Positions 20,076 through 37,563 of a DNA stretch of 64,000 bases are shown here, piece by piece. Position numbers and translations under genes: made by a program. Source of the stretch: Guillardia theta CCMP2712 (taxonomy: Eukaryota; Protista; Cryptophyta); the NCBI RefSeq assembly GCF_000315625.1, contig NW_005434664.1, positions 229,236 through 293,235 on the forward strand, in the 5' to 3' direction. Every line of letters begins with the position of its first letter. The first letter of the stretch is position 1. The notes under the pieces are model-generated. The model ran no database searches. It was not told the origin of the DNA and saw nothing but the letters and a program-made list of their open reading frames with translations.

Positions 20076-21300
20076 ATGGCAGGGATCTTTAACAAGAGTC
20101 GTCGAAGCCGATTTATAGCCAAGACAAACACAGAGTTCAAGACCAAGAAATCATCAAAATGTGCTTTCTTTGACGAGAAGTCATTTTTCAAGGAGGACAG
20201 AATGGAAGAAGTTTTTGATTTGGAAAATCCCAGGTTGATATGAATTGGAAAATTTTGAGTCCCATCTTACCAAAGCAGGGAGATGAAAAATCCTCCATCA
20301 TCAGATACTAAACCAGGCAAAAATCAAACACACCGAAATCTGTCACACTTTGATCAAGACGAGGATGCCAAGAAGGCAAAGCCAGACGGTATATCGGAAC
20401 GACAACTCGTGCTCAACCAAATGGCGAATGCAACTACACGATTTGTGAATAGTGGAAGGTATTCTGTGAATGAATCATTCTGCTTGGTGCTGAAAATCAG
20501 TGCTTTGTGTTGTGTATGCAAGGAATGAATTTCTGCTGTCTAATGAGAGGCAGTCAGCACTCAACTATTACAATTGCAAGAATATTTTTCGGATCGTCGA
20601 GAACAAGCGCTTGGCATCGACGGATCACTTGGAGAAAGAATTCCAACACAAGCTTAATCATTTTCAAAACAGAAGCAAATGGGTTTGTTGCGATACATTT
20701 GTTCAAATTGAACTGAATCCAGGTGAAAGGTCATACATCAATTGCGAAAACACCTGCGGGCCGCTGGCTCTTCAGGATGCTCTCCAGAAGATCGAGCAGT
20801 TTTCTATAGCCCTGTACCAGAGCCGAGAGCAGGCAATTTTTCAACAAGTACAATGGCGGTCAAATCGGACGATCAGCCTTCTTTGAATGAACGAGCGGGT
20901 TTGTTGAGCTGTTGTTATCGAAAGAGACGAGACTTGGAGGATCGACAACCCAGTTCACATCTTGAAGATGATTCGAAGTCAAATTTACTGACAAGCAGCA
21001 AACATCACACTTCTCATTTAGCAGCCTCGCCAGGTTATCTTGAAAACATTTTCAAGACCTTCGAGTCACTAAGACCCTTCCGAAGCTTTCCCGTTTGAAC
21101 TAAAAATATCGGAACCTCATCACACAACGCCACCAGACAACTCAGCTCAACTGTCAAGGTAATGTCTCAGCCCCATGACTGAAATCAAGTACTGATGTCT
21201 TTGACTGCTCTGTTAGCTCATTAGAGCCGAATTCGGGGGACTGCTTTCAATCTCCATCTTTCACCATTTCAGCCAGTCTTGAGCTACCCGACTTGTCGTG
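20076..21300 (+). CDS. Multi-exon hypothetical protein
   Basis: A series of short plus-strand ORFs separated by ~45-nt GT/GC-AG intron-like gaps. No motif recognised and the limits are approximate. Confidence 0.4.
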
Positions 21301-21365
21301 AGCACAAAGTTGCATTCTGCTGCAATGAAGTTGAAAAATTTCATAACCAACTTTGAAATTGATGT

Positions 21366-22635
21366 CTACACATGTTTTGATTCGATCAACCCAAGCTTCG
21401 ACAATATCAGACACGCGATCTTTCTTCCCCCCTGAATGCTTGGCTCAACCCGAGCAACATAGTCTCTGGTATCCTTTCCATCGAGCGCATCGGCTAGGTG
21501 AATGGGCACCACCTCTCTTACTCCTGGAATTTTGACCTTTGACACGCCGAGTTCGAAAGCAATCCGCATTCTGTACTGAAGAATCCCAGGAGCGCAGTGA
21601 TAGCACAGGCAATAGAGGGCACTGTTTGCCCAACTTTGGTTGTTTTGCTCGTCTAAATTGTAAACCATGCACACTGCAATCTTCTCTGATGTAAGATCGA
21701 GCACAGCCGGCAACATTATTACCTTTGCTGGCTTGCGATTCTCAACTAGCTTTTTGACGTACTGCCATCGCGAATGAGGGACAACAAACTCAAGTTGGTC
21801 AGTCAGAGCACCGATTGCAGTTGATAGCGGAAGATCATCTGAAGGTACAGAACGGACGGGTGCAGCCATCCCAGCAAGAACCTTTGGCGAACATCTTGTC
21901 AAGACAGATTCTATCAGCACAAGTGTTTAACACCATGGAGTGATCATGACTGTAAGGAGGGCGATGACTGTGCAGATGGAGGGAGCAAGGGCGATGTCGT
22001 TTCCTCCGACAGAGACGACCAGATAGTCTCTCTCTGTCAAGTTCTGCCTGATCAGTTCATCTTGCGCTTGGAGGCTACCGCATGCGGGCATGCAGCAGCA
22101 TTGGAAGCCGCCGGTGCGAGACGTCAGGGTGGTTGCCTCGACGGCTGATAGGAGGTGAGCAGTGAGCAAGAGGGGCACAAAAGAGATGCTTGCTCACCCG
22201 TGTTGACGACGAACGACTTCACCTTCTTGTCAGCGAGCTCATAGTTCATCCAGTAACACACGTCCTTGACCATCACGGTTGGTTCAAGTACTGCCTCGTA
22301 CCCGTTCACGGCAGCAGCGGTGAACGCCCCCCTGGTTTGATCTTCGATCAGCGACTGCGCAGACTGTCCGCCTCTGAACAGCCAGTGCTGAGACAGCATC
22401 AGTCAGCACAGCACATGCTGCTGCTGCAGGAACACGGCAGGACCTTGTTGTCCAGGGTAGAGTCCCCCGCAAGGAAAATGGCAGCGGCGTCAGATCCATG
22501 GCTCCTCCGTAGACTGGGAGCGGTCAGAGGGGAAGGAGCGCAGAGCACGCTCGGTCACCTCGCGATGATGCTCTTCAGGTAGCTCTCATCATGTCCGTGA
22601 TATGTCGAGTAGTACGCGCCTCCCGGCACCGCCAT
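21366..22635 (-). CDS. SGNH/GDSL-type hydrolase (multi-exon)
   Basis: Spliced N-terminus MAVPGGAYYSTYHGH...IFLAGDSTLDNK (block I GDS), VVSVGGNDIA (block III GxND), and a C-terminal VEPSIQGG. Confidence 0.8.
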
Positions 22636-22879
22636 GGCTGACTGGAGCCTTTGCAGGAGGGTGGGCAACGGACGGGGCGCAAATGCCAACTGGGCGGAAA
22701 GGGGAGATGGGAAACATGGAGGCGAGACGGGGGAAAGGAACAGGTTGAAGCAGCTTGATCGGAGAGAGGGAGGAGATGTGAATGAACATGTTCGTCATGG
22801 ATACAACAATCTTCCCTTTCAATCGTCTTTAGTTTCCTTGTTGCAGCGCTATGCTACCCTCTCCTACACGACATCGCCG

Positions 22880-23299
22880 TCAATCCTGGCGGGCATGCGC
22901 CGGCGTCTTGGAGAGCCAGAAGAGCCAAGAGAGCAGGAGGATCTGAGCAGACGCTCTGAGCATGTGCGTGCCTGTCAGCCCGTAGCTGAGCCGCACGTTG
23001 CCTAGGGGGACGTCATGGGAGAACATGTAGACGTTAGCAGGAGTCATCAGGATTGTCAGCCAGAAGAGCGACCGCGCTGCTAGAGGGGAGAAAGATGTTG
23101 CCAGCCATCCTCCCAGCGCCAGCTCGGCGACGCCAGTCCAGAGCACGTGGAAGGCTGCGCTGCCAGGGATGTAGGGGGGTACGATCTTGCAGTAGTTCTC
23201 GAAGGTGGATGGTGATGAGGTCTGCGGGAAGTGGGCGGTGCTTGCCAAGCAGTAGAAGCCTCCCAGAAAGATGCACGATCCAGCCCTTGCAAGACTCAT
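22880..23299 (-). CDS. DoxX-like small membrane protein (139 aa, intronless)
   Basis: Pattern AHF...YCKIVPPYIP...WTGVAELALG...PANVYM with about four hydrophobic segments, typical of bacterial DoxX-family membrane proteins. Confidence 0.7.
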   Translation of the reverse strand: MSLARAGSCIFLGGFYCLASTAHFPQTSSPSTFENYCKIVPPYIPGSAAFHVLWTGVAELALGGWLATSFSPLAARSLFWLTILMTPANVYMFSHDVPLGNVRLSYGLTGTHMLRASAQILLLSWLFWLSKTPAHARQD

Positions 23300-23638
23300 G
23301 GCGACACCGATGATGCGATGAAGGGGATGACGGGATGACGATGAGGTTGAAGGGAACTTATCCTTCTGTGCGCAAGTCATCAGCAACAGTGAAGTTACAG
23401 CATGAAGACAACTGTCACCTGATAGCAAGCTGCTTCTTCAAGCTGGTGAGGATAGTAGATGTTACAGATCTCAACCTTCCTTGGTCTTGCTCTCTCTCTC
23501 TCTCCCTCCTCTCCCTCTTCCCCTCGCTCCCCTTAGTCAGGTTGTCAGAGCTTCAGTTTATAAGGAGTACCCCCTACCCCCTCATCCCCACTCTTTTACC
23601 GTGACCCTACCCCCTTCGTCCAAGGCATAAGCCCCGAC

Positions 23639-28784
<5,146 letters not shown>

Positions 28785-29107
28785 GTCTCCAGCTGGAGAG
28801 CAGCTGACGCAACTTGCCCCGACCCTCTCGTCATGGTGTCAGACACCAGACAGGTAGAGGAAGAGACTGGCGGGATAGGAGCAGGACCGCTGGATGTGGT
28901 AGGAGAGGAGGAAGAGGAAGAGGGAGAAGGGTAGGAGGAGGGAGGAGGGTGGGAGGAGGAGCGGTCGACAATTCAAGATGTTCACTCTCATACAGTAATT
29001 GACATATTTACACTGAAACTTTCCTCCCCTCCTCCTCAAAATTTCGCCAGCAGAGGCACAAAAACGAGACCAGCGCTCTCCTCCCCTCGCCAATTCGAGC
29101 TTCTGGC

Positions 29108-32100
29108 TCAGCTCCCTCGTCCTCTGGCGCTTCCAGGGCTACTTGTGGTCGCCACTTTCCCTTCCTCCTCCGCCTTCTCCGGTCCTGCAGGGGGGCAGGT
29201 AGTCTCTCCTCCCCCCCCTCTCCCTCCTCCTCTCCCTCCTCGAAAACTTCTGCCTCCGTATCCCCTCCTCTTCCCCCTTCCTCTCTTCACTTCCCCTAGC
29301 GCAACAGGAGCAGGAGCAGGCAGAGCAGGAGGAGCGGGAGTAGGAGCAGGAGTGGGAGCAGGAGCAGGAGTAGGAGCAGGAGCAGGAGCAGGAGCAAGAG
29401 CAGGAGCTTCGGAGCCCCCTGCGCTCTCCTCAGTTCCTACCGACATCTCCCGCGCCTCCTGCCGTTCAAGACTCTGGCTCGAGTCTTCCGACCGGTTCCT
29501 CGCCCTTCTGACCTTATCCTCGAGGCTCACAACCGAGTTGTAGTGCTCGCCCCCGCTGTACTCGTGCATGTGGTAGCTCAGGCGCAGAGGCGGGCCCCCG
29601 TACTGGGGGTGCGTCTCCGGGTCGGGGAACTGCTGCTGCGACATGTCGTGGCGGAGGACGAGGATGTCGCGCTTGAGGACGTGGCAGAGGGCGATCAGCT
29701 CGTGCTGCCCGCCCCAGGCGTTGGTCTTCTCGATCCTCCGGCAGTAGGCCTGGAACGCGTTCGCGCTCGCATTCTTCTCTAGGGACAGGAAGTGTCGAAA
29801 GTGATCCTCGTGCTCTAGCATGTACTCCGCTGCCAGCCGACGTAGCGACTTGTGCGTGTGCTCTGTCGGGTATCCCGTCCTCTTGAGCTGGTCGGAGATC
29901 GCGGAGAAGAGGCAGTGGCCGTCTGCTGGGATCTCCACGAGCCGCAGCCCCTGCTCAGCCAGCTGCTTCGACAGGATCCTCGACTCCATCTCCCGATTCT
30001 TACGAGTTTTCTTTCTCACCTTGACCACCTTTGGACCCGCCTGCTCGCCCTCCGCCTTCCTCTTCTTCGACGACTTGCAGTCCAGGCACAGCCACTTGCC
30101 GTTGACCCTGACCTTGACGCATTCCACGTGGGCCGTCCGGTTGCACCTGAGACAGTTGACCATGGTGCTTCCTTCTTTGACCTCCCCGCACACGCACTCC
30201 GCTGTCATCTTCGACTTGGCTCGCATGCCTTTCTTTCCGCCTTTGAGCTTCTTCCCAGCAACATTCTCCGGCTCCTTCTCCTCGTGCCCGCTGCTACCGC
30301 AGATGAATCGAATCTTGATCTTTCGCTTGTCCAACTTGTTTCCAGCCTCCGACATTGCCAGAAGATTGTTGACGAGGCCACTAGCATTGGCCTGTGACAA
30401 CTTCCTCTTTCGAGGAGGAGGCGAGGGCTCTTTATCGCCTTCCTTGTCTGCTCTCTTTGCTCGCTCAAGAAGTCGAGCCGACAATCTCCCTGTCCTGCCG
30501 CCTTCGAGCCCTCCCCCGCCCGTCTCGACTCCCCCTTGATCACTCAAGGCAAAAGGCGGCAGCTTCCTGCCTGCTTCTTCATCCCCGACCGCCAAGTTGC
30601 TGCTCGTGTCCAGCGTAAAATCTGGAGCTCCTGCAGAGACCGAGAGAGAAGGAGGTGCTCGCTCAACCTGATCTTTAGGCTTTGAACAGGCAGAGAGAGC
30701 AAACGGAGCAAGAGGCAGCGCAGGCTTCTCCTTTTCTGTCCCCTCTTGCTTTGACTCCTCTTGACCAGATTGTATGCCCTCTTCTTGCAAACCAGACTGC
30801 AATATGATCGACCCAGACTGCATGTTTGGTTCCTGCTCCTGCTCCTGCTCCTGCTTCTTCTCAAGATTTGACTCACTCATGTTCCGATCAAGCTTGCCAC
30901 CCTCATCAACCTCGTTCTCGTCAACTTGCTTCAGTTCATTCTTAGATTCATTGCTTTCCCCGCGCTCATCAGCGCCCGAGTGCACTTCTGTCTCTGTTCC
31001 GTCAACTCCCATCTCCACCTCATGTCTTTCGCTTAGTAGACTTGCACCTTCATCGCCATCCTCTTTCAACGAATTGTCCGTTTCCTGTAAAGAAGCCGCA
31101 GAATTGTCTGGCTGATCTGCAGCTTCTTTACAGGAATCCTCACCTTGTTCCCCCTCCTTCCCCTCCTCGGCTCCCTCCTCTTTCCCTTCGTCTTCCTCAA
31201 GACCCTGAACGCTCTCCTCGTCGCAGATGACCTCCGGTGTCTCCTCCTCATTTCCTGGCATGTTGACTTGTAGCAACTCTTGGGTTGGCACGTCACTCTC
31301 GTGAGTATCAAGCTTTCTAGCATCCAGCACATCACTTCTCTTCTCTTCATTCTGTAAATCTTCTGTGACGTTAGATATTGGGTCCTTGGCCTCATGTTTT
31401 AAAGTGCTTTCGCTCACTTCTTCACTTGCTTCATTTCCTCTCTGAAGATCTGCTACTTTGTCATTCTTCTTCTGACCAGTCAAGTCACTATACACATCAT
31501 TCGTTCCCTCCACTCCAGCGACAATTGCGTCATTGTTCTCGTTTCCTTCAGCATCCCTTTGAGCGTCCTCACCTTGTTCCCCCTCCTTCCCCTCCTCGGC
31601 TCCCTCCTCTTTCCCTTCGTCTCCCTCAAGACCCTCGACGCTCTCCTCGTCGCAGATGACCTCCGGTGTCTCCTCTTCATTTCCTGGCATGTTGACTTGT
31701 AGCAACTCTTGGGTTGGCACGTCACTCTCGTGAGTATCAACCACTTGAGATTCATTCTTCATTCGGTGCTGCAGTGGTGCCTCCTCTTGTTGATCGCGAT
31801 CTTGGTGCACATCCTGCTCAGAGATAAGTCCTGCAATCTCTTGATTGAAATCAGTGTTGGTCTGCATAGTAGCATGTTCATTGCGCACTGGTCTCTCATC
31901 ATCTTGTTGGTCTGCATTCAAGGTAAAGATGTCAGTACCTCCATCTTGCTCTGCTTGGTTTCTGCATTTGTAAGGGGCTTGCTCGCATCTGCTCTTTCAT
32001 CCTGTGACGACATCTGACTCGTTGGGGGTTCAGCAATGCACACTTGTTCGGAGTCGCAAAGGGTCTGATAGGTACTTGCTGCCTCGCTGCCTTGAATATC

Positions 32101-34356
32101 ATTTTCAATGCCCTGGCATGAGAGCGCGCTGGAAGTGCCCTGCTCTATATCCACTTGCGTTCCATCCTTCGACATCTGAGCTCCTCCACAATCATCCACT
32201 TCAAGCATATGCTTGCGATCCACAGGTGAAATCTCAAGCTGCTTTGAATTTTCTGAATATTTTTTGAACAAATCTTCCCCCGGTTCTTCATTTGTACTCA
32301 CGTCATTGTGGCCAGCAGTTGTGTTGCCTTGATTTTCATTTTTTGATTGTGGAATTCCATCTTCGCTCACCTGCTCCTGTTCTCTATGGTTGTCTACGCT
32401 GACATCCCGTGGAATATTGTAAACATTCTGATTCTCATCCCTCACCGACTGCTGCAATTGATCGTCCTGTGTGTCGAGCTTCTGGTATGGATCAACTTGC
32501 GTTTTGGTGTCTGAAGAAGTATCTCGTTTCACATCCATCTTTCCGAGAGCAGCAACACTCCTATCATTGTTGTCGGTCTTATAAAGGTGCTCAAGACCTG
32601 TGACATACCACTGTCAGTGCGCGCAAGGGATAAGGAAAACGTTCTCACCAGGCGAAGTCAAAGTGATTGTTCTGATGGAGGACTTCCAGCAGCAGAGTTG
32701 TCGCAGCCAGTCACCGCTTTCAAGCTCGCTGAAATCTAGATTGCTCAAATATTTTGACAATCTCTTCTTCCGTAGGAAGTGCGACAGATCCAAGTCTTTG
32801 TTAGGGAGGTGGCTGATTGCTAGGCGGTCGCTTTCAAGTCGATAGATACATCCTGACGTCTGGGAAAAAGATGTATCATCGAAGAGATCTCGCAGTAGCT
32901 GGCAAAACTTTGGTTTCTGCACATTCGCGCCAAATCTGGCATAACAAATTTTGTTAGTTGAAACCAAAATTCTAATCAGATAACGTACCATTCTGCCATC
33001 TTCAATGTAAGCTTGTAGCATTTTAGATTTGTCTTCGTTGCACCATTTCATGTGGTTTTCAAATCTACCATGGGTGATGTAATTCCAGCACCTATCTGTA
33101 TGTTTTGGCCCACAGTTGTTCTTCGTCCAGTACAATCCAGAATCATCAAGCTTTAGGCTCAACGGCCTTGTAGGATCCTTCACCATGACTGATCTAGAGA
33201 TCTGCCCAGTACGATGAGCAGACGGCATGACAAAATTTGAGAAACATACCTGAATCAAATGCTCTGTGTGAGCTGTTTCACAGTCAAGCGTCCACTGAAT
33301 GGTCGTGGCAGAGGTTTCGCATACTGCTTCCGAATCATCATCGGAGGGCTGTGGATCGATAGAAGAGCGCTTGGCATCAGTCTTCTTAGTTTGTTTGCGT
33401 CCCGGCGTTGTATTTGCACTGCTCGGCCTCAGTTTAGCACTATCGGTTTCTTGGTTCTTGGGCCCGGAGCAGGATTTCGGCTCTTGTTCCATCCTGGGTT
33501 TTGCAGCTTTGGCCTTCAACCTCAGCGATTCCCTCCTAGGTCGAGGTGCCTCAACCTTGGGCGATGATACCTTGCAGTTTTCGTTGGCAGATTTGGAATC
33601 ACGTTCAGAGACTTCCTCTTGACACAATTCTTCTGAAAAAGGGAGGGAGCTTTCGGTAGAGCATCCAATTTTCTCTTCTGTGTCCACATCCGATCGATTT
33701 CCTGACTGAATCGTTCCAGAGCTGATGGAAGAATTCATATCTTGTTCAGGACAGCCAGAATTCTCTTGTTGCTTCATTTTAACATCAGATTCGGAGACAA
33801 CAGAGTTGCTCGAATTCGAGGTAACATTTAAGGACTGCGAGTGTTTGAAGTGATTTGTTAAGTTTTCTTCACACTCAGTTGTGATACTTCCCTTCTTGCT
33901 GGTATTGCTTGGGCACGACTTCCTTTTTGTGTTTCTGCCTAACTCATCATGCCCATTCACTCTACGAGGAGCCTTTCCATTGAAAGGAAGGGCTTCCGTG
34001 TCTCTTGACCGTCTTGATCCACCTTTCTTCGTCTTGGTCGAGTCTCCTTGGTCAATATCCATTGAGTCATGATCACCGTCATCATTCTTACTCGTTGGCT
34101 GAATGTCTCTGTCCGTTTCATCGCTCTGCGATGAACAAGATTGATTTGATCCCCTTTGATCAGCAACATTAATCTGTGTATTGTGGGCCAATGGCGAAGC
34201 AGTACATGGCCCTTGCGTCAACGAGTCTTGATCGCAATCAGGCTTTTGTGGTTGGCATGATTCTTCTGATGTAGATCTCTCCACTCCCTGAGAGTCATTC
34301 CCAGTCGCACGACGTGCCGGCTCTTCAACTTTCAGCGAATCCACAAGCTCATCCAC
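29108..34356 (-). CDS. Large acidic low-complexity protein with a PHD finger and an OTU (OTUD6/Otu2-like) deubiquitinase domain
   Basis: PHD: CVC...MVNCLRCNRTAHVECV...WLCLDC. OTU: EIPADGHCLFSAISDQL, WGGQHELIAL, LSYHMHEYSGGEHYNSV, followed by an RGG-rich tail. Upstream ORFs 31918..32538 and 32614..34356 are probably further exons, and the gene may extend to ~35540. Confidence 0.85.
31137..31740. repeat. 175-bp in-frame internal duplication (31137-31311 and 31566-31740)
   Basis: Peptide DTHESDVPTQELLQVNMPGNEEETPEVICDEESV...GEQGED occurs twice with a period of 429 nt. Confidence 0.95.
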
Positions 34357-37300
34357 TGACCCATCGGTGAGTGTGGTGATTGCTTCGATACCTGTTGAAA
34401 GTTTTCACGAAGAGCAGAGGACATGCCAATTTATACCTTTGCCTTCTAATTCCATGACATGTCCTGCTGATATCATCCCATTCGAACGCATGTTGAGGTC
34501 TACAAGAATGAAATCATTACAATCAAAAGCAAAGAGAAACAAGCTTAGCATTACCAACGGGTTGCTTCAAAGGACTAAGTAGGCAAGTAGCATCTTTGTC
34601 TGGGCATAAACCCCCGCCATCTCTCTCAGATTTGTTCTCAGACAGAGCAAATTTGCCAGAGGATGCGATGCGTCGTCCAGCATTCAAATGCATCGAGATC
34701 TGATTCGAACTTGGCATATTGGAGTGTCTCTTCTCTTTCAAGAAGTCAGTCTTTGCATCTGTATGACAATGTGGAGTTGCAAGCTCGTAGACGGCTGACT
34801 GAAACTCAGCCATTCATCTCCACAAAGGTTTGATCTAATTCTAACCCAAATCTCAAGATTGACAGGTTTGCACCAATTGAATTGTGCCGCATTCGTAGAT
34901 CCAGCGATAAGGCATGTTCCTGCAGCAGCAACAGAATAAGATCCAGGCGATCCTTTCCGTAATCCTTTGCTCTTAGGCACGCTTGAAAATGCGGGAACAA
35001 GAAAGCAACGAACACTCTTGCTCACAAAAGGAAACCTCAAACTCACAACACAATCCCTGAGTTCTGGAGGAAGTCAACGACATGTGCGTGTTTGCTTGAA
35101 ATGTGAAGGCGTTTTGTGCGTGCATCTCATCAAAGACTGGATTTTCGTGATTGGGTTGTTGTACAGCCACTTGACTGCTGACATCAAAGGATGAAAGATA
35201 TATACTGTACAACATCAGCACATTGCAGTTCACAGGAAAAGTGTGTTTGAACAATTTCCTATAAGTTCCTAGACAGCTACGCTCGATCAGGCAATCCTAT
35301 GAATGCAATTGTAGGGAGTTGTGGATTTTCCCAGCACAATCGATTCAAGAAACGACAGATACTTGAGCATCCATCATCAAGAAGACAACACGATCGTCCA
35401 TCGCATATTGAGCCATAGCAATGAAGCAACGGATCACACGAGGAAAGCAGTAGAAGAGGAGGTATGCCGTAATGGTGCAAGGACATAGCAAAGTGTATGT
35501 GCATACTGCATGGCGCGGAAGAAAGGGCAGTGGGTACATGAAAGTTTGGTGATGAGGGGTGGGCAGGAAGCTGGTGGGGTGGTTAAGCTTGGGTTAAGGG
35601 GTGGTGGGGTCAGGAAAGGTATTCATAGATTTACTAGACTCGGGTAGGGTGGTTCATTTCAAGGGGTAGGTTTGATTGTGATAGGGTTGGTCCTAACGAG
35701 AGGGTGGGGATGACGAGTTGGGGTTGGAACAACTCTTTCATTGAGGGTGGTACTCATGTATCAAGAAACTATAAGTGGGACAATAATGAATAACACCATA
35801 CCTTGATGGAGGACGATTAACAAAAGAATCGCTGGGGTGTTGTCTAGACAAAGTTAAGGAGGAAAGCAGGGGGTACCGGAGAGCAACCCGGATGATCTGA
35901 TTTCAAAGGGGTGGGTACTGGAATGAGATAGACTGTACGGAGATGAGGATAGAGTACGGGTGATATATCTATGACGCAAGTGGAAAGGGGGTGGGTAGTA
36001 CCCCATTTCCGAACAAGGACGAAAGGTTGGGGGTGAAAAGGGGGCTGGTGGGTAAAATTTTAGCTAATGGTGGGGGTGGGGGTTATAAACATTGGAGGTG
36101 GTGGGTCATGAGGCGACATCATCTCGCCCCATCAAATCGGAAGGGTAGGTGAAATTTTGTTAGGGGTACCAACTAGTCCCTATATGATAGGACTATGTGA
36201 TAGGATCTGCTAGGTCCTTCTGGTGCTATCTTGGAGTTTACTACCCCTCCACCCTCCTCCGAACCCCTTGTGCAATATTGCTCTCGAAGACCCTCAAAAC
36301 AGGTCCACCCCACCCTGAATCATCCAAACACACCAACCCATCATATTGTCTTCAAATTTCAGGCGTAACTACCGGTGCTTCTGTAGTAGATTGCTTTTTG
36401 TAGCCTCTACCACCCACCCCTCCACTGGCACATGAACGTACCGAATCTGGAAACACGGTTTTGAAATTATGGCCTCAAATTTCTCCCTGTTTAAAAATTT
36501 TTCCCTGAGGCAGGCTTGCCAGTGATCTGAGCCGGGCCTGTCCGATCGGAGTCACCACTGATGGCAGTGCAGTCTTGTCGTTGCTGCAGTATCGGGCTCG
36601 CCTCAGATATTTGGATACAAGGCGACAAAAAGACAGCAATGAGACACTTGAGACATTAATCATGACCCCTCCCTTTCCCCTTCATTGTACCCCTATCCTT
36701 CCCACAGATCCTCGTCTGTCGCCTTAGACCGACGAGTATCACCCTACCCATCCTTTTAAGATAAAAGTACCCCTACATCAACCTGACGCCGACTAGCCCT
36801 ACCCCCGTTTCTCCAACGCGCTCGCTTTTCCCTACCCCTACCCTTCCTCCCTTCCTTCGCATGAGCTCCTGAAACAGATCTTAGAACAGTGGTACCTTGC
36901 CTAAGAAAAGTCTTATGTCTGTCAAGAGTGATTTTGGATATCCTTGTAGCTAAGGCTTTAGACGTAACCTGCCCTGAGCGAGACAACCTCCCAGTGTTGC
37001 GTCCCTGAACCTCTCCCACCCTACCTACCTCGAGAGTCCTGCGACTCCCTGAATAGGTAAGCAGGGTATAACCCCAACATTTCATGACCAGTGTGGGGCC
37101 TACCCTACTTCTGGGCTAGCCATCCAACTGTTAGAAGCTTTTCGGGTGGTTGAAGGATACTATCAGCAAATATTGTATTGCATTTACTATAGAATAGACT
37201 AGCTATGAAGGTATGTTTGGATTGCATTTTTTCACACTACCCACTACCACATTTCTTCAAGTACCCCACCCAGGAAATACAGATCCTTGGTACCCCTACC

Positions 37301-37563
37301 CCATCATTGGAAGGACCCGTACCCGTCTGGATCAGCGGAGGCCATCTAGAGCACCAACAAATTTTGACCAATCCGTCCAAATATTCAATATTTGGAATAA
37401 ATGTATGAATTCCTTTATAACATCACGAGGAGACTCATCAAAATTTGACGTTAAAATTTTCAAATTATCTCTAAAAATGTAAATTTTACTTGCATTGTAC
37501 CCCCTTCGGTAATCCTTCTCGGCACATAAAGAGTGAAGTCGGCGGCCGCACTGTTACCCCGCC

